In this document: positions 1 to 11,700 of the stretch, piece after piece
Layout of the letters: each line of letters opens with the position of its first letter
Position numbering within the stretch: the stretch's first letter is position 1
NCBI RefSeq assembly: GCF_036321535.1
Contig: NC_087436.1
Coordinates: 122,452,001 to 122,516,000, forward strand
DNA: 64,000 nucleotides
Direction: 5' to 3'
From: Camelus dromedarius
Lineage: Eukaryota
Translations under genes and position numbers: made by a program
The notes under the pieces: model-generated
What the model saw: only the letters and a program-made list of their open reading frames with translations
The model's database searches: none
What the model was told of the DNA's origin: nothing

Positions 1-790
1 CGTGTCCAAGGGTCCAGCAAGTGTGACGCGCCCCTCCTCTGGAGTGGGCCCTGGGGGACCAGAGATGCAGCCACTGGGGCCGGGGGTGTGGACTTGGAAA
101 CCCTACTCAGGCCTTATTTCTTACTTGAGTTTTTAGAGGCAGAGCATTTTTCAGGAGCTACAAAAGTCTGTCCTAGACCGAGAAGCAGCCCGTAGGTTGC
201 TTGACGCCACCTTCTCAGATTCCCTCACAGAACTGGCTCAGGAGACTGTGGGTCTGCAGCCTGGAAACCCAGCAGGAGCTGCTGGTCAGGAGATGGAGTC
301 CCTTCTTCCTTGGGAACGGTCTCTGGGGACAGGAGGAGGCCCTCCCTGCTGTCAAGACAGCTTGGAACTATCGACCATAGGTATGATCTCGGCACGGCTA
401 CGAGACGCACCAGCGACACCTCAGTGACTGTTCGATTAATGGGGCCGAGGCCTAGCCAGGTGACACAAAGCCAACCCTCTCCGTGGCTGGTTTAGGTTTG
501 CTTCCTCACATTAAAACTTTGGTCTGTTTGGATTTTGATCTGTGGTCATGAGGCAGAGACACCACGCCCCAGGACAGACTTGGGCCCACTTCGTCGTCCC
601 TAGGGCGGGCTGCCCGCCCACATGCCCGCCCGCGCCCACCGAGCGGCTCCGGAGGAGGTACGGGGCAGGGGCAGGCTGACGGTGCAGAGTGGACGGCAGC
701 CTGGGTGGCTCAGCCTCGGTCGGGCCAGAGCCAGAAACTTTCACTTCAGTCAAGACCAGGACAACCTCAGTGCTTAGACTTAAGGAAAAC

Positions 791-796
791 TTTATT
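791..796 (-). terminator. TACC3: TACC3 polyadenylation signal AATAAA
   Basis: tttatt on + strand, ~120 nt downstream of the stop codon. Confidence 0.85.
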
Positions 797-867
797 TGGT
801 CTTCTTCCTAAAGCAACCTAGTTTAAAAACGAGTTAAGGTTAATAGAGAAGAAAAAAGAGTCAGACA

Positions 868-882
868 GACACACACACACAC
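868..882. repeat. Short (CA)n microsatellite in the TACC3 3'UTR
   Basis: cacacacacacaca run. Confidence 0.8.
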
Positions 883-914
883 AGGAGAGCCGGGCACAGG
901 TCAGGACCTCCCCA

Positions 915-980
915 TCAGATTTTCTCCATCTTGGAAATGAGGTCGTCACAGATCCTGGTCAGTTCATCGTTTTCCTTAGT
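915..980 (-). CDS. TACC3: TACC3 last coding exon ([21 protein letters not shown])
   Basis: AG acceptor at 982-981; TGA at 917-915. Confidence 0.96.
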   Translation of the reverse strand, partial: TKENDELTRICDDLISKMEKI

Positions 981-3900
981 CTGGAGGAGGGAAGTCGAAT
1001 CCTGAGAATTCTCACAGTGCTCCGAGGAGTCGGGAGCAGCTCCAGGGCTTCTAGAACCAGGGGTCTGCTCCTCCCCGGCTCTGCCCGGACCCCTGGGACC
1101 CCACACCCACCTTCTGCTCCACGACCTTCTCCAGGGAGTGGACCCGCATCTGCTCCTTCCTCAGGACTGCCTGCAGCGCCAGAGCCTCCGCCTGGGCCTT
1201 GCTGCGGACCTGCGCGATCTCCTCGTTGGCCCTGGAGCAGTGGAGGGCAGGGCTGAGCCCCGACTTGGGGCCTCTTCCCATCCCCGCTCCCCAGCCCCAG
1301 GCTGCAACACTCACAGCTGGAGCTTCTCCTCTGCGTGGGCCTTCAGCGCCTGGTACCTCTGGCCCTCCTTCTCGATCCTCCCTATGTAGCCCTCCACACA
1401 TTGCTTCAGGGACTCTTCGTTCTTTAAGGAAGAGTGATGTGAACTCTGACTGATGGCATGTTGCTGTCTGACCGCATTCAGGAGCGGTCTGGGGGACCCC
1501 CAGGTCAGGCGGGGGCGGTTCCCCAGCGCCGGCTCTCTGGTCGTTCGTGAAATAGCAGTGGACGAGGCCACGTGGGAGCAGCACTCCCCATTTCCTTCTA
1601 AGGACGGCCTACCACACACACAGCCCTAGGCCTCCCCATCCTGGGGTTCAGGAGGGTCCTCGGACACTGGGCCTCACCCTCTGACACCCACGGGCCTCCT
1701 GCCCGTCCCTCAGCCTGCCTGGCACACAGAGCCCACCTGTACGGCCCCTACTCTCCTGCCTCCCCTCCCAGCCCCGGGCTTTGGGGGCCGGGTCTCCAAA
1801 CTGGCCCAGGATGGGTGAAGACAGCAGTGGGGACTGGACATGGCGATCTCTGCAAGGGGACAACCTTGCAGGCATGCACGTGAGGTTGTAGATGACAAAA
1901 CCGACAGCCAGGGCTGGAACCTGGGGCCCCCACACCCCAGGGGCCCACATCAACCTGCTTCCCAGATGCAACCCGAAGGCTCAGCTCCCCCCCGCAGCCT
2001 CCAGGCCCCGCCAGCACTTGTCACCTTGCCTCACTGGAGACAAGGCCAATGCCTGCTGGCCCCACAGCCTTGCGCTGGCCCTGGTACCTACCGCACGGTA
2101 GCCTTCGATCACCTCTTTCTGTTTCTCAAACCGCTTGAAAAGATCAGAAAAAGACTTCTCCATGGAGTGCAAGTCTGCAGTAAGCTGGTCCTTTTCCTTC
2201 AGAACCTTCTGGATCTCAACTCTGGCAAGTTCCTTCTGTTTCTGAGCCTCCTCTTCAGGAAAGAAAACCAGCACTTGGGATTGGGGGACACCCATGGCAA
2301 GAGACCAGGGCGGGCGGCCGGAGGACCCACTGGGGCGAGGTGACGGTCGCTCTCCTGTGATCTTCCCAGGCAGGACCTAGGGGCCACAAGTGCCCAAGAA
2401 ACAGCCATTTCCTCCCCCCAGCTCCACCCAGACCCAGAGGCAGTGGATAGTGAACCCAGGGCCCAACTGCAGAGGTCCTGGGAAGAGGTGGGGCCAAGAC
2501 GCTCAGAGCCCACAGCCACACCCACCCCAGCCTGGACGTGCCCAGTGCCCGGCACCCAGTGGCTGAAGCTGGACAAGCAGCCACCTGGGGGAGGGGGAGA
2601 CCGCAGTGCAGCACCTACGGGAGGGACCCTATCTTTCCTGGCCTTGGCCCCAGATGCCAGCTCAGGGGCTGGCCAATTTTGGGGTTGATAAGTGCCAGTG
2701 GCCCAGAGCCACCTAGCCTCCCTGACCGCCAGCTGCTCCACTGCAGGGAGTGTGGGCATGTGGGCTTAGCTCGCAGGAGGGAGCTGCTGGGAAGAAAGGC
2801 TGCGGGCGCCCGGCACTCACCCATCGCTTGATACACGGTCCCCTCAAACCCATCCATGATCTTCCTGTGGGAGGAGAGCAAATGTGCCATGAGCGCTGTG
2901 GCAGGCGGGTGGGCAGGTGGGCACCCAGGTCCCAGTGGCCACTCAGGCCTCACCCCATCTCCAGGATCCTGGTGTGGAGCTCGGCGCACTGGCTCCTCAG
3001 TGCCTCGTTCTCCTTCTGTGTTGCTTCCACCTGTGCGGACCATAGCTCTGAATTGGTGCTGGGCACCCTCCCATGCCAGTACCTCCTGTCCTACTCAGCG
3101 ATCACCGGGCTAGGGGGCCTGCATGCGCTGGGTATGTGGTAGGAACACCATGTGGTACAGACGTGGTGGGAGAGCAGCCTGCAGAGGGCAGGCCCAGTGG
3201 CGGGGAGGATCCAGCTGCCGGCTGGGGCCTGGCATGCAGGCCTCCCTGAGAGGGGACCACCCAGGGCATCACCTAGGCAGCAAGGAGACTTGGGGGCTGA
3301 GGCCCAGCCCTGCCAGCTGTCCTGCTTTGCCACCCCTAGGGCAGCTCAGAGTGGTGTCCAATGAGGACATCCAGACCCTCAGCTAACTGGGTGAATGGTA
3401 GGGGTACGTAAGTGGACACCAGGATTCCATGAGTAGCAGCACGAGGAAGACCAGAGCTCAGAGCCATCCACGGGGCCCTCCTACGGGGCCGTGCCTGGGA
3501 GCCCGTCCTCCCGACTCATCCTCACCGCTGTGTCCAGGTCCCTCTGGCTGTACTGCAGCACGTCCACAATGGGCCCCACGGGCAACAGCGGGCCCCCGGG
3601 CCCGAGGTCACATGGAATCGGGCCAAGTGCCTGCGGGGTGACGGAGACAGGCTGGGCAGGTTCCACTGGTGCTCGTCTCCGCCGGTTTCCCAGACGGCAC
3701 AGCTCGGCGCCCAGGCCCAGCCGACCTCCTGACGCCTTCCCCCAGGTCCCAGAACATAGATCCCACGCCCTTAGAACACGTGTCTCTTCACACCGCGGGG
3801 GGAACCAAGCACTTACGGGAACACCCGGGGTGCCGAGGAAGTCCAGTTCCACCAGCTTCGCCTCGGGGGGGCTTCCCGAGGAAGGCGTGTCCACACCCCG

Positions 3901-6900
3901 TGCGCTGAGATCAAAACAGAACACACGTGTCGTTTACCTGCGGGGCGGGGTCAGCCCAGGTTCTCCCCGAAGGGCTGAGTGAGCGCCTCGGGATTTGTGG
4001 GCTGCTCGGCCGGTGTCCAATTCAGGTTCGCACCTGCCAGCCCACCTTTCGCCCGCGGACAGAGGGGAGGCGCACCTGCTGGTCTCAGGGGCTGCGGGCA
4101 CCGGTCTCCGAGGGCTGTCCTGCAGGAGCGGGTCGAACTTGAGGTACAAGGACTGCTTCCTCAGGGCTGACTCCTTAAACTGCTGCGGTAGGGGGAGCAG
4201 GTTCAGCGGCATCCCCGACACGACAGCCCGCAGAGCCTGGGACAGGCCCAGGCAGATCATGGCCTGCGTGGCGCAGGAGGGGGACACGACTCTGCTGGGA
4301 GCAGCTGCAGGACAGGGGCCTGGAGACACCATCCCCACCGGCCAGCCCTGTGCCCTGGGCAGACACAGACACTGCCCGAATTGAGAAAGCCTGGTGACTG
4401 CCAAGCAGGGCAGGGACTCAGGGCTGTTCCAGAAACAGCCCCTTTTTGAGACTCACACTTGAGGAAAGGCTGCCACGAGGTGCAGGATACTCACCGAGGA
4501 AGCCCCAAACTGCTCCAGGTAGTCGACTTCAGCCCCCGTGCCTAGAACTGAGAGTAGCGGGTGGGTGCGTCACGGCCCGCGGGACTCGGGCTAGAGCTCT
4601 CCGGCACAGGACGCTGGCTTGGCAGCTCCCAAGCACCCCCCCGCCCCCTTCCACGGCCCGGTCTGCCCTGGACAGACGGCCCTTTGCTATAAGGCGGGGC
4701 TGCCGTCCTGCTCATGACGCTGGGGGCTGGGTCGTTTTGTTGGGCCACACACAAGGGCTGACAGACCCCCCAGGAGTAACGGCCAAGGGCATCCCTGGCT
4801 GAGCAGCAGTGTGCAGCCAGCCTGGAAGAGCCCTTTGTGTTCTGGTGCGACCTTTGTTTACAGATTCTAAAGGTGACTCGTGCCATAGACAGAAACTGAC
4901 CCAAAATGGATCAAAGCCCCAAGTGTATGAGTTAAAACCACAGAATTCTTAGAAGAAAACACAAGGGCACACCCTCGTGACACCGGGTGTGACAGTGACT
5001 CATCAGGACTGACGCCAGACACACAAGCAGCAAGGTGACAGCTTGGGCCTCCAAGGACACAGAGTGCAAAGGCAAGTTTTGCAGATCAGGTGCCTGACGA
5101 GGGGTTCCTACCCAGATTACACTAGAAATCTCTGCAACTTGGTCATATGGCAAATAACTCAGCGAAGAAATGGGAAAGGATCTGAGCAGACGCTCCTCCA
5201 AAGGGGAGACTCAAAAGGTCAACACGCACGTGGACAAATGTGGCTCGTTGGTGGGGGACCGTGACATGCAGCCAGCACCGTGTGCAGGCGGGACGCTGTG
5301 CAGCTGGCCCTTGGGTGCTGCCCATGGAGGGGTAAGAGGTGTGGGCCTGCGGAGAACGGCTGGGCGGCTCCTCCCACAGTCAGCACAATGTGACCAGGTC
5401 CTCTAGGTACACCTGCCCCAGAGAAGTGGGTCACGCACGGCCACACGTAAACGTGTACGCGAGTGTTCCCAGCAGTCTTAGTCATAACAGCGCAAAAGTG
5501 GAAACCATCCCAAAGTCCATCAATTAGTAAAAGAAGAAACGAGATGTAATTTCCACATGGTGGAATGTTGCTTAGCCATAAAAGGAGGTCCTGACCTGAA
5601 ACGGACCTTGTTGTTCAGTGAAAGACACCAGACACAAAACCGCACATTGTGTGCCTCCAGGTCGCTGGCCTAGTGGAGCGCGTCCATGGCTTCTGGTCCC
5701 ACCTATGTGCGGAGGGCCCCACGGCTGTCCTGCCAGAGAAGCCCTACGTCCACATCCTGTCTCCACTGCACCTGTGGGCTCTTACGTAACGCAAACCAAG
5801 AGTGTCTCCAGTTGCCTTCTGTCTTGCGAAGCAGCTCAGTCACAAGCCCTCACTGAGCTCGGCTTAGACCCAGGGCTCTTCCAGCCCTCCTGTCCAGGGA
5901 CCTGCCTTTCATCTCTGTGGGGTCCTGTTTCAAACAGCACGTCCCCCAGAACAGCGAGGCCCCGGCTGCCTCCGGACTGCACTCGAGCTGTCTAAGCCAG
6001 GGCTTCTGCCCAGTTTTCTGAGCCTAAGATTTTTTTATGTCACAGGCATCAGCCCTGTTCTCCTGAAAATGCCTATCTTTTGATAAACCAGAAGTTTCTG
6101 CCTGAATCACTGAAGTCAGGGAACAGAGCTGCCCGCAGGACAATGGCAGCAGGTGCCACTGAACACGTGCTCGTGGAATGTTCCGAGCAACCTGGCTGTG
6201 AGGACAGACAGAGACGTACCCTCAGTGGGGTCTCGGAAGTGCTCCCCAGTCAGGTCCAAGGCGGGCTCCAGGCCCTGAGGGGCAGGGGGCGCGGGGTCGG
6301 CAGGCGCGGTCACTGACTCAGTGCTCGGGCTGCTAGTGGGAGCTGGTGCACCCGAAGAGCCTGAGGATCCCTCCTGGAAGGGAGGTCGGGGTCACCTTGG
6401 GGGCTTGGTTTGGGCACCTCATGTAGTCTCGTCAGGACGAGGGACATGGGGGTGGGGGTAGGGGCAGCAGCCTGTGCCCCCAGGCCCCCTCTGCCCTGTT
6501 ACGATACCCAGACATGGTGACAGTGCAAGGATGTGTCACACTGGGGTGCCCACCCACACTCCGTACCTCACTTGCAGCTCCTGTGGTCCCTGCCGGGCTC
6601 TGTACCCCAGGTGTGTCATCTGCTGAGGCTGAAAGCACCTGCCTAAAGAGACGGGGTCTGCAGGGCCTGTGTCCCCACTGCCGCTTCGGCACCCACCTGC
6701 CGCCTGCCCTGCAAACCCCGCCCAGCAAGCCAGGCATGGGGCCAGCCGAGCAGCCCGGCAAAGCTGGCCCCCAACCTCACCTGCACGAGAACCACTCCTC
6801 AGAAGGAGCTCTGAGGTCACTCAACTCAAGGAAAAGCAAACCACGAGGATCCACGTATCCCCCCACCAGGAAACTGCGGCAGGAGCTAGGCGGGCTCCTC

Positions 6901-9900
6901 TGTGACCACACGCCCGCGGCAGCCACGAAGCCGCGTCCTGGGAGCTCGCGCCAGGAAACTCGGGCTCCCCTGGAGCCGCGCTGCCTCGGGAACCCTAGGG
7001 ACTCTCTGCTAGGAGCTTTCTCGACCTCCCGGGTGGGTCACAGCACAGGACGCCCCCTGTGAGGGGCCGACGTCGCTCCTCTGCTTCTTATTCCCAAGAG
7101 CTGCGCCTGCCCTGGGCCTCTCAGGGTGCAGGTGGCACATCTGGTCTGGGGCCCATGGGTGCCCACACCCTGGAGCTGCTGCCCTGCCACCACCCCCCAA
7201 CACTCACTGGCTTGGTGATGAGTCCTCTGCGGCTGCAGGCCCGGCTGGCCTGCTCTGGGGGTGCTCCGGGGGCCAGGCCTCTCTGTCACCTCCACATGGG
7301 TTAAAGTCTGGGTCATCCAGCTTGTCCCCATCCAGGCTGCCAGACCCTCGTGGAGGGGGATCAGGACCCTCACCCGCAGCCATAGTGGCCTTTTCCTGCC
7401 TCATCTCTGGTCTCCTTGAGGGCGGTTTGAGACCTGGGGCCGTCCCTCGTTTCCTCAGTGGAGGTGGCTTTTTGCTGGTGGCATCATCAGGGAAGTCAAA
7501 TTCTAGCCTCACAGGCCCGCTTCTCAAAGAGCTGGCCTCCTGGCCCCTGCCCTCCTCACTCTGAGCACTGGGGGCTGGGGCCCCTCCAGCCTCCACAGGG
7601 CCGGCAGGGGCAGTGGCCTCGGGGCCCACGGGGCCCTCGCCAGGCAGGTCTGTGTGGGGCTCCCCTGCGTGGGCTCCTCCGGGGGGAGTACCGGGAGCTG
7701 GAGCAGCCCCCACGCGGGAAGCAGGAACCGCGTCCGGGTTTTCTCCTGGGAGGCTACACGGGTCCTCTGCTCTGTCTGTGTCTTGGGACGCCATCCCGGG
7801 AGGGTGTTCTAGAATCTTGGGGGTGGATGCAACACTTTCCTCTGAGGAATGAGAATGGACGTGCTCCTCCCAAGCTTGTTCAGGGCTGCTCGACACTTGT
7901 CCTGAAGATGCCACTTGGTTTTCAACACTTTCTGGCATTTGAGGGAAGCTTGAGGGACCCAGACCGGCACAGGCAGGCCCACTGGGAAGCCTGTCTTCAG
8001 ATGCTGGTCTCACGAACCCTGGAGGAAGGTTGGCCCCCTCCACTGCTGGCTTCTGCAGAATTCCATTAGTTGTTCTGGTCTCTGTTTCCTGGGTAAACTG
8101 TTGGCTTTTAGAAACAGACAGTTAACACAAATGAACCAGTTAGGTTTTCATTTAGATTTTAGTCCGCGTGAAAACATTAGCTAAAGAAAGAAAAAAAAAA
8201 CATACAATCATACAATCAACCTTCCCAGGTTAACTTTTTCCAAGCGCAGTCTGCTGGCGGCCACCTGGAGACCCAGGGTCCCAAGGCAGACAGCGTGGAA
8301 ACGCCACTGGCAAAGGATCAAAGGCCAGGCTCCCCTGTCAGCTGGGGCCCAGCAGCTACGTGGTCAAGGACAGTCTGGGCACAGGAGGGTCAGGCTCCTC
8401 ACTGGAGAGCAAGAAAGATGAGGTCCAGGACACTGCCTTCAGGCCTGCCCACCCTGGGTCCTCCACGGCCTCCCGCGCCTCCCCTCTGTGGCCCTGGAGC
8501 AGCCCAGAGGCAGAGTCCCAACAGCTGGGTTTCCCTTCCCTTGTGGGGCTGTTACAGAAGAATGGTATTTGATCACTCTAATCTCATTAGATGATTTTCA
8601 AAATGAAAAGTAAAAAATCTAAAGTTGGAAAGTAGCAAGTTAAGGGGAGGGGGGATTCAGGAGGAGTCTCCACCCTTGGGAGGATGGGAACGTGGCCCGA
8701 GCACATTTCACTCGAGTTAGGTGATGGGTACATTAGCGATGTTTTGCTTTTACACCTTTCTCTGAAACCTGTTTAAAAGAAAAAGCAAGGTCTTAAACAG
8801 TTTAAGTCAGCAAAAGTCAGAACAAAATGTGCCAGTGAGGGCCCTTCTCACCCGGACGCAGAGGGTCCCTGGGGCCCTGCCCACTTGTTCCATCCTAATC
8901 TGGGGGTGACGAGCTCATCTCCAGACTGAGGCTGGAGAAGCCTTGGCTTTGCCTAGTCGACCAGCACATCCAGTAAAACGCCTAGGCCGGGGCAGGCTGC
9001 GAAGAAGCTTCTCTCGATTAAAGTCAAGTGCTTAAAACCTGGTCCGTCAGACACCACTGGCACTCTGACTAGATTAACAGTTTCTCTGCCTTCAAAGGTA
9101 AGATCTGTCTGTGAGCTTTCTCCAGGGCTGGATGTGGAGAACATGAGGCTGACTTGTGAGGAGGGAGATCCCAGTGGAATGCTATAAAAGCAGCAAAACC
9201 ACAGAGCAGCCCCGGGAGAGGAGGCCAGGACATTTCATGAAGCCAGGGAAGCAGAAACTACGGCCAGTTTGTTGGCAAGGATGCAGCAAAGGTGCGGAAT
9301 GCGCATTTAAACTCACGCTGCTTCGGGACTCACTCTTCAGGAACAAACGACTTCTGAGTACTTTGGCCATGCATGACACAAACCCAGAGCAGAGACCAGC
9401 TGGATATGACAAACAAGACAGACTCTTCCTGCCACATCCGTCAGAGAGGTCACAACTGCAATACATCAGACGGCACCGACACTTACTTCTCCTTCTGGGT
9501 CCAGACTTGGTGGGAGTTTTCTAATCCAGGGGTGTCGCCCAGAGCTAAAAAAACTTCAAGTTTGCTGCTCATGCTGGGACTTAAAATCCTGTGTGTCTGT
9601 GGATCCCGCAGAGGTGTCTGAAAAGTCACCTGTTGGGGAGGGAGGGGGGCTCCTAGTCAGTAACTCACGTCTCCAAGCACCATGCCCTGGCAGCGCAGTA
9701 AGTCCCCGGGAAAGCAGGCCCCAGGATGACTGCACCTGTGACACTTGGTAGATCTACACAGGGGGAGACATGCTCACCTTCACTGCTTTGGCTGTGCTCT
9801 TGGGTGGCACATTTTCTTTCTGTGACAGACGGAGTACAGGCAACCTTCCGGTAACTTCCAGTGGTGAAAACAGGAAGTCACAGTTCTCTGTGCTTTTGTC

Positions 9901-9939
9901 ATCAGTGACATTCTCGTCACTAAAGATGTGCAGACTCAT
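915..9939 (-). CDS. TACC3: Transforming acidic coiled-coil protein 3, spliced CDS (15 coding exons, 2358 nt, 785 aa)
   Basis: Exons 9939-9778, 9629-9487, 8104-7208, 6642-6567, 6373-6220, 4547-4495, 4179-4076, 3904-3817, 3630-3526, 3030-2954, 2864-2821, 2252-2092, 1421-1315, 1231-1111, 980-915. All junctions are GT-AG with consistent phases. Recognisable motifs: N-terminal CDFLFSP...[36 protein letters not shown], and a TACC domain ending [16 protein letters not shown]. Confidence 0.97.
1111..1231 (-). CDS. TACC3: TACC3 coding exon ([40 protein letters not shown])
   Basis: 121 nt, AG/GT flanks, TACC coiled coil. Confidence 0.95.
1315..1421 (-). CDS. TACC3: TACC3 coding exon ([35 protein letters not shown])
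   Basis: 107 nt, AG/GT flanks. Confidence 0.95.
2092..2252 (-). CDS. TACC3: TACC3 coding exon ([54 protein letters not shown])
   Basis: 161 nt, AG/GT flanks, TACC domain. Confidence 0.95.
2821..2864 (-). CDS. TACC3: TACC3 coding exon ([14 protein letters not shown])
   Basis: 44 nt, cacag / gtgagt flanks. Confidence 0.93.
2954..3030 (-). CDS. TACC3: TACC3 coding exon ([26 protein letters not shown])
   Basis: 77 nt, AG/GT flanks. Confidence 0.93.
3526..3630 (-). CDS. TACC3: TACC3 coding exon (ALGPIP...[17 protein letters not shown])
   Basis: 105 nt, AG/GT flanks, conserved LQYSQ.DLD. Confidence 0.93.
3817..3904 (-). CDS. TACC3: TACC3 coding exon ([29 protein letters not shown])
   Basis: 88 nt, ctcag / gtaagt flanks. 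Confidence 0.92.
4076..4179 (-). CDS. TACC3: TACC3 coding exon with the Aurora-A site RKQSL and clathrin-interacting DPLL
   Basis: 104 nt; [23 protein letters not shown]. Confidence 0.96.
4495..4547 (-). CDS. TACC3: TACC3 coding exon ([18 protein letters not shown])
   Basis: 53 nt, ctcag / gtgagt flanks; conserved motif. Confidence 0.95.
4870..5650 (+). mobile_element. Old, degraded LINE-1 (L1M-type) ORF2/3' fragments in a TACC3 intron
   Basis: L1-like phrases aaaatggatcaaag, ttagaagaaaacac, aaatgggaaaggatctgagcagac, tcataacagcgcaaaagtggaaac, tagccataaaaagg; boundaries approximate. Confidence 0.7.
6220..6373 (-). CDS. TACC3: TACC3 coding exon (EGSSG...[13 protein letters not shown])
   Basis: 154 nt, ttccag / gtacgt flanks; FRDP motif. 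Confidence 0.88.
6567..6642 (-). CDS. TACC3: TACC3 coding exon ([25 protein letters not shown])
   Basis: 76 nt, ctttag / gtacgg flanks; phase fits both neighbours. Confidence 0.85.
7208..8104 (-). CDS. TACC3: TACC3 large central exon (acidic, Ser/Pro-rich; [13 protein letters not shown]-like motif)
   Basis: 897 nt open frame, ctaaaag / gtgagt flanks; overlaps track ORF 7204..8043. Confidence 0.93.
9487..9629 (-). CDS. TACC3: TACC3 coding exon ([20 protein letters not shown]...WTQKE)
   Basis: 143 nt, caacag / gtaagt flanks. Confidence 0.95.
9778..9939 (-). CDS. TACC3: TACC3 first coding exon ([10 protein letters not shown]...KAVK)
   Basis: ATG at 9939-9937, one base after the acceptor (ag|AATG); donor gtgagc at 9777. 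Confidence 0.95.
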
Positions 9940-11632
9940 TCTGGAAAAGCAAACAGTTTTCTGTCAGCAGCAGGGCATGTTGTCTGGACGCACGTATGTG
10001 GAAAAGGACAGGGCTGACCTCATGGTGCTGAGTGAGGACATCCCCCTGCCTGCACAGGTGGGTCACACCTTAGGCAGCATGTCCTCTGCCAGGCAGTCCC
10101 CTCCCTGCTTTGGGGGGAGCTGCCACCTCCCAGGAGCAAGAGCTAAAGGGGTCCCCAGCCCTCAGGGCAAGGAAGGAAAACCATGTCCACGAAATAACTT
10201 GAACTTTGTGGGTAAAGGCTGGGAGACAGGTAAGGGCTGATCTGTGATGACACTGGATGAGGCATAGGAAGCCTCGTCTCCCTGCAGGCCTCGGTGTCAG
10301 AGTTGGAGCAGGCTACCAAACTGGTGGAGGATGGGAGAGCAGACAGCACGGCAGCCTGTACTCTGCCTACGGGGCTAGGAAATGGGGACCAGACAAGGGT
10401 GTTGGGAGGGTGGGGGCCTAGAGGAGGAGCCACAGAAGGTAACAAGCAGCAGGGTGCAGAATCATTTGTGGGGAGTCAAGTGGCTTCTACATCAGAGTCT
10501 GCAGAGTAGAAACACACCAGGGGCCTCCAGCTGGGCCCAGAAGTTTCTAGAGCAGTCCCACTTCTTCCCAAAGTCTTTGTCATGGTGACTGACACGGCCT
10601 TCCGAGTCCAGGAGTCACCAGAGAACTGGGCGTCGACCTGCCCAAGGGGCCACCACAGGTACTTGCTAGTAGTGGGGGCCCTGGGGACTGCGGTTTAAAG
10701 AGGCTGGGTGGCTGGGGCAGAGGGAGTAGGTAGGGGTGGCCTTGGAAGAGGTGAGGTTGGGGTGGGAGGTCAGGGTGACCAGCCCCCTTGAAGGGTGAGG
10801 CCAGGGGTCGGGGGTGCTGGTGTGGAGGACCGGGAGGGGCAGGAAGGAAGTGGGGAGTCAGAGGCTCTTGCATCTGGCCAGGGGTTGGGTGGTCAGCCGT
10901 GCTTTGCCAACAGGCCCACACACTGTGTGTGGGGGCAAGAAAGAGAAGTGTAAGTCAAGAGTAACTACTACTTTTGGCCTAACAACTGGGTAAAACGAGG
11001 GGGACATAAGAGGGAGACAGGCTTGGAGGCAAACTCCCTCTGCCGGAGAAGGTGGGAGAACAATGATGGCAGCCTCTATGGGTCTGGCTTCTACTGAGGA
11101 GGGGGCCACGAAGGCGGCTCCAGAGCAAGGAGGGGCCGGGTCAGGAGGGCAGGAAGACTGGCGGCCCCGGAGAGCGGGTCTTGCGGGATCAGCGGTGCGG
11201 GAGCGCCAGAGCCCAGGTTTCTGCGGCAGGTGCGGCAGGAATCGGCGATGGCTCACAGGTGGGGCTACGCCCAGAGGGGCCGGGCAGCAAGCTGGCGGGT
11301 ATGCGGGGGCGGAGACGTGTCTTTGCAGGTCACAGCCACCGGTGGTTTGCGGCTGGACGAGGTCACCGGGGTGAGGGGGAGGGCGGCGCAGCGGGCCCGG
11401 GCTGTTCTGTCTTTGACGGCGGCAGAGGGACCACCAGGCGTCTCGGAGACAAGGGCGGGAGGCCGCCGGCTCCGCTCGCGACTGTGGGAAGAGGCGTCGC
11501 GGGGGGAGTGCATCCCGGGGGGAGGGGACCCACGACCACGGTGGTCGCCACCACGGCAGACAGGCAGACAGAGGCCCGGGGCCAGAGGAGGCGAGGCCGG
11601 AACCCCGAGCCCGGACCCCGCTGCCGCCTTAC

Positions 11633-11700
11633 CTGTCGGCCGCCGCGCGGAAGCAGGAAAGCGGGAGGCGCCGAGTCCGGGAGCCCCTCTCCCCGCCGCC
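11633..11700 (-). other. TACC3: TACC3 non-coding exon 1 (5' end approximate)
   Basis: Strong donor CAG|GTAAGG at 11632 on - strand inside the CpG island, just downstream of CHR/CCAAT elements. Confidence 0.7.

Noticed and set aside
360..445. Short CpG-rich, compositionally even patches (also near 22800-22900 and 34300-34500)
   Set aside because: I found no shared motif, repeat, hairpin or ORF among them; not distinguishable from background by eye.
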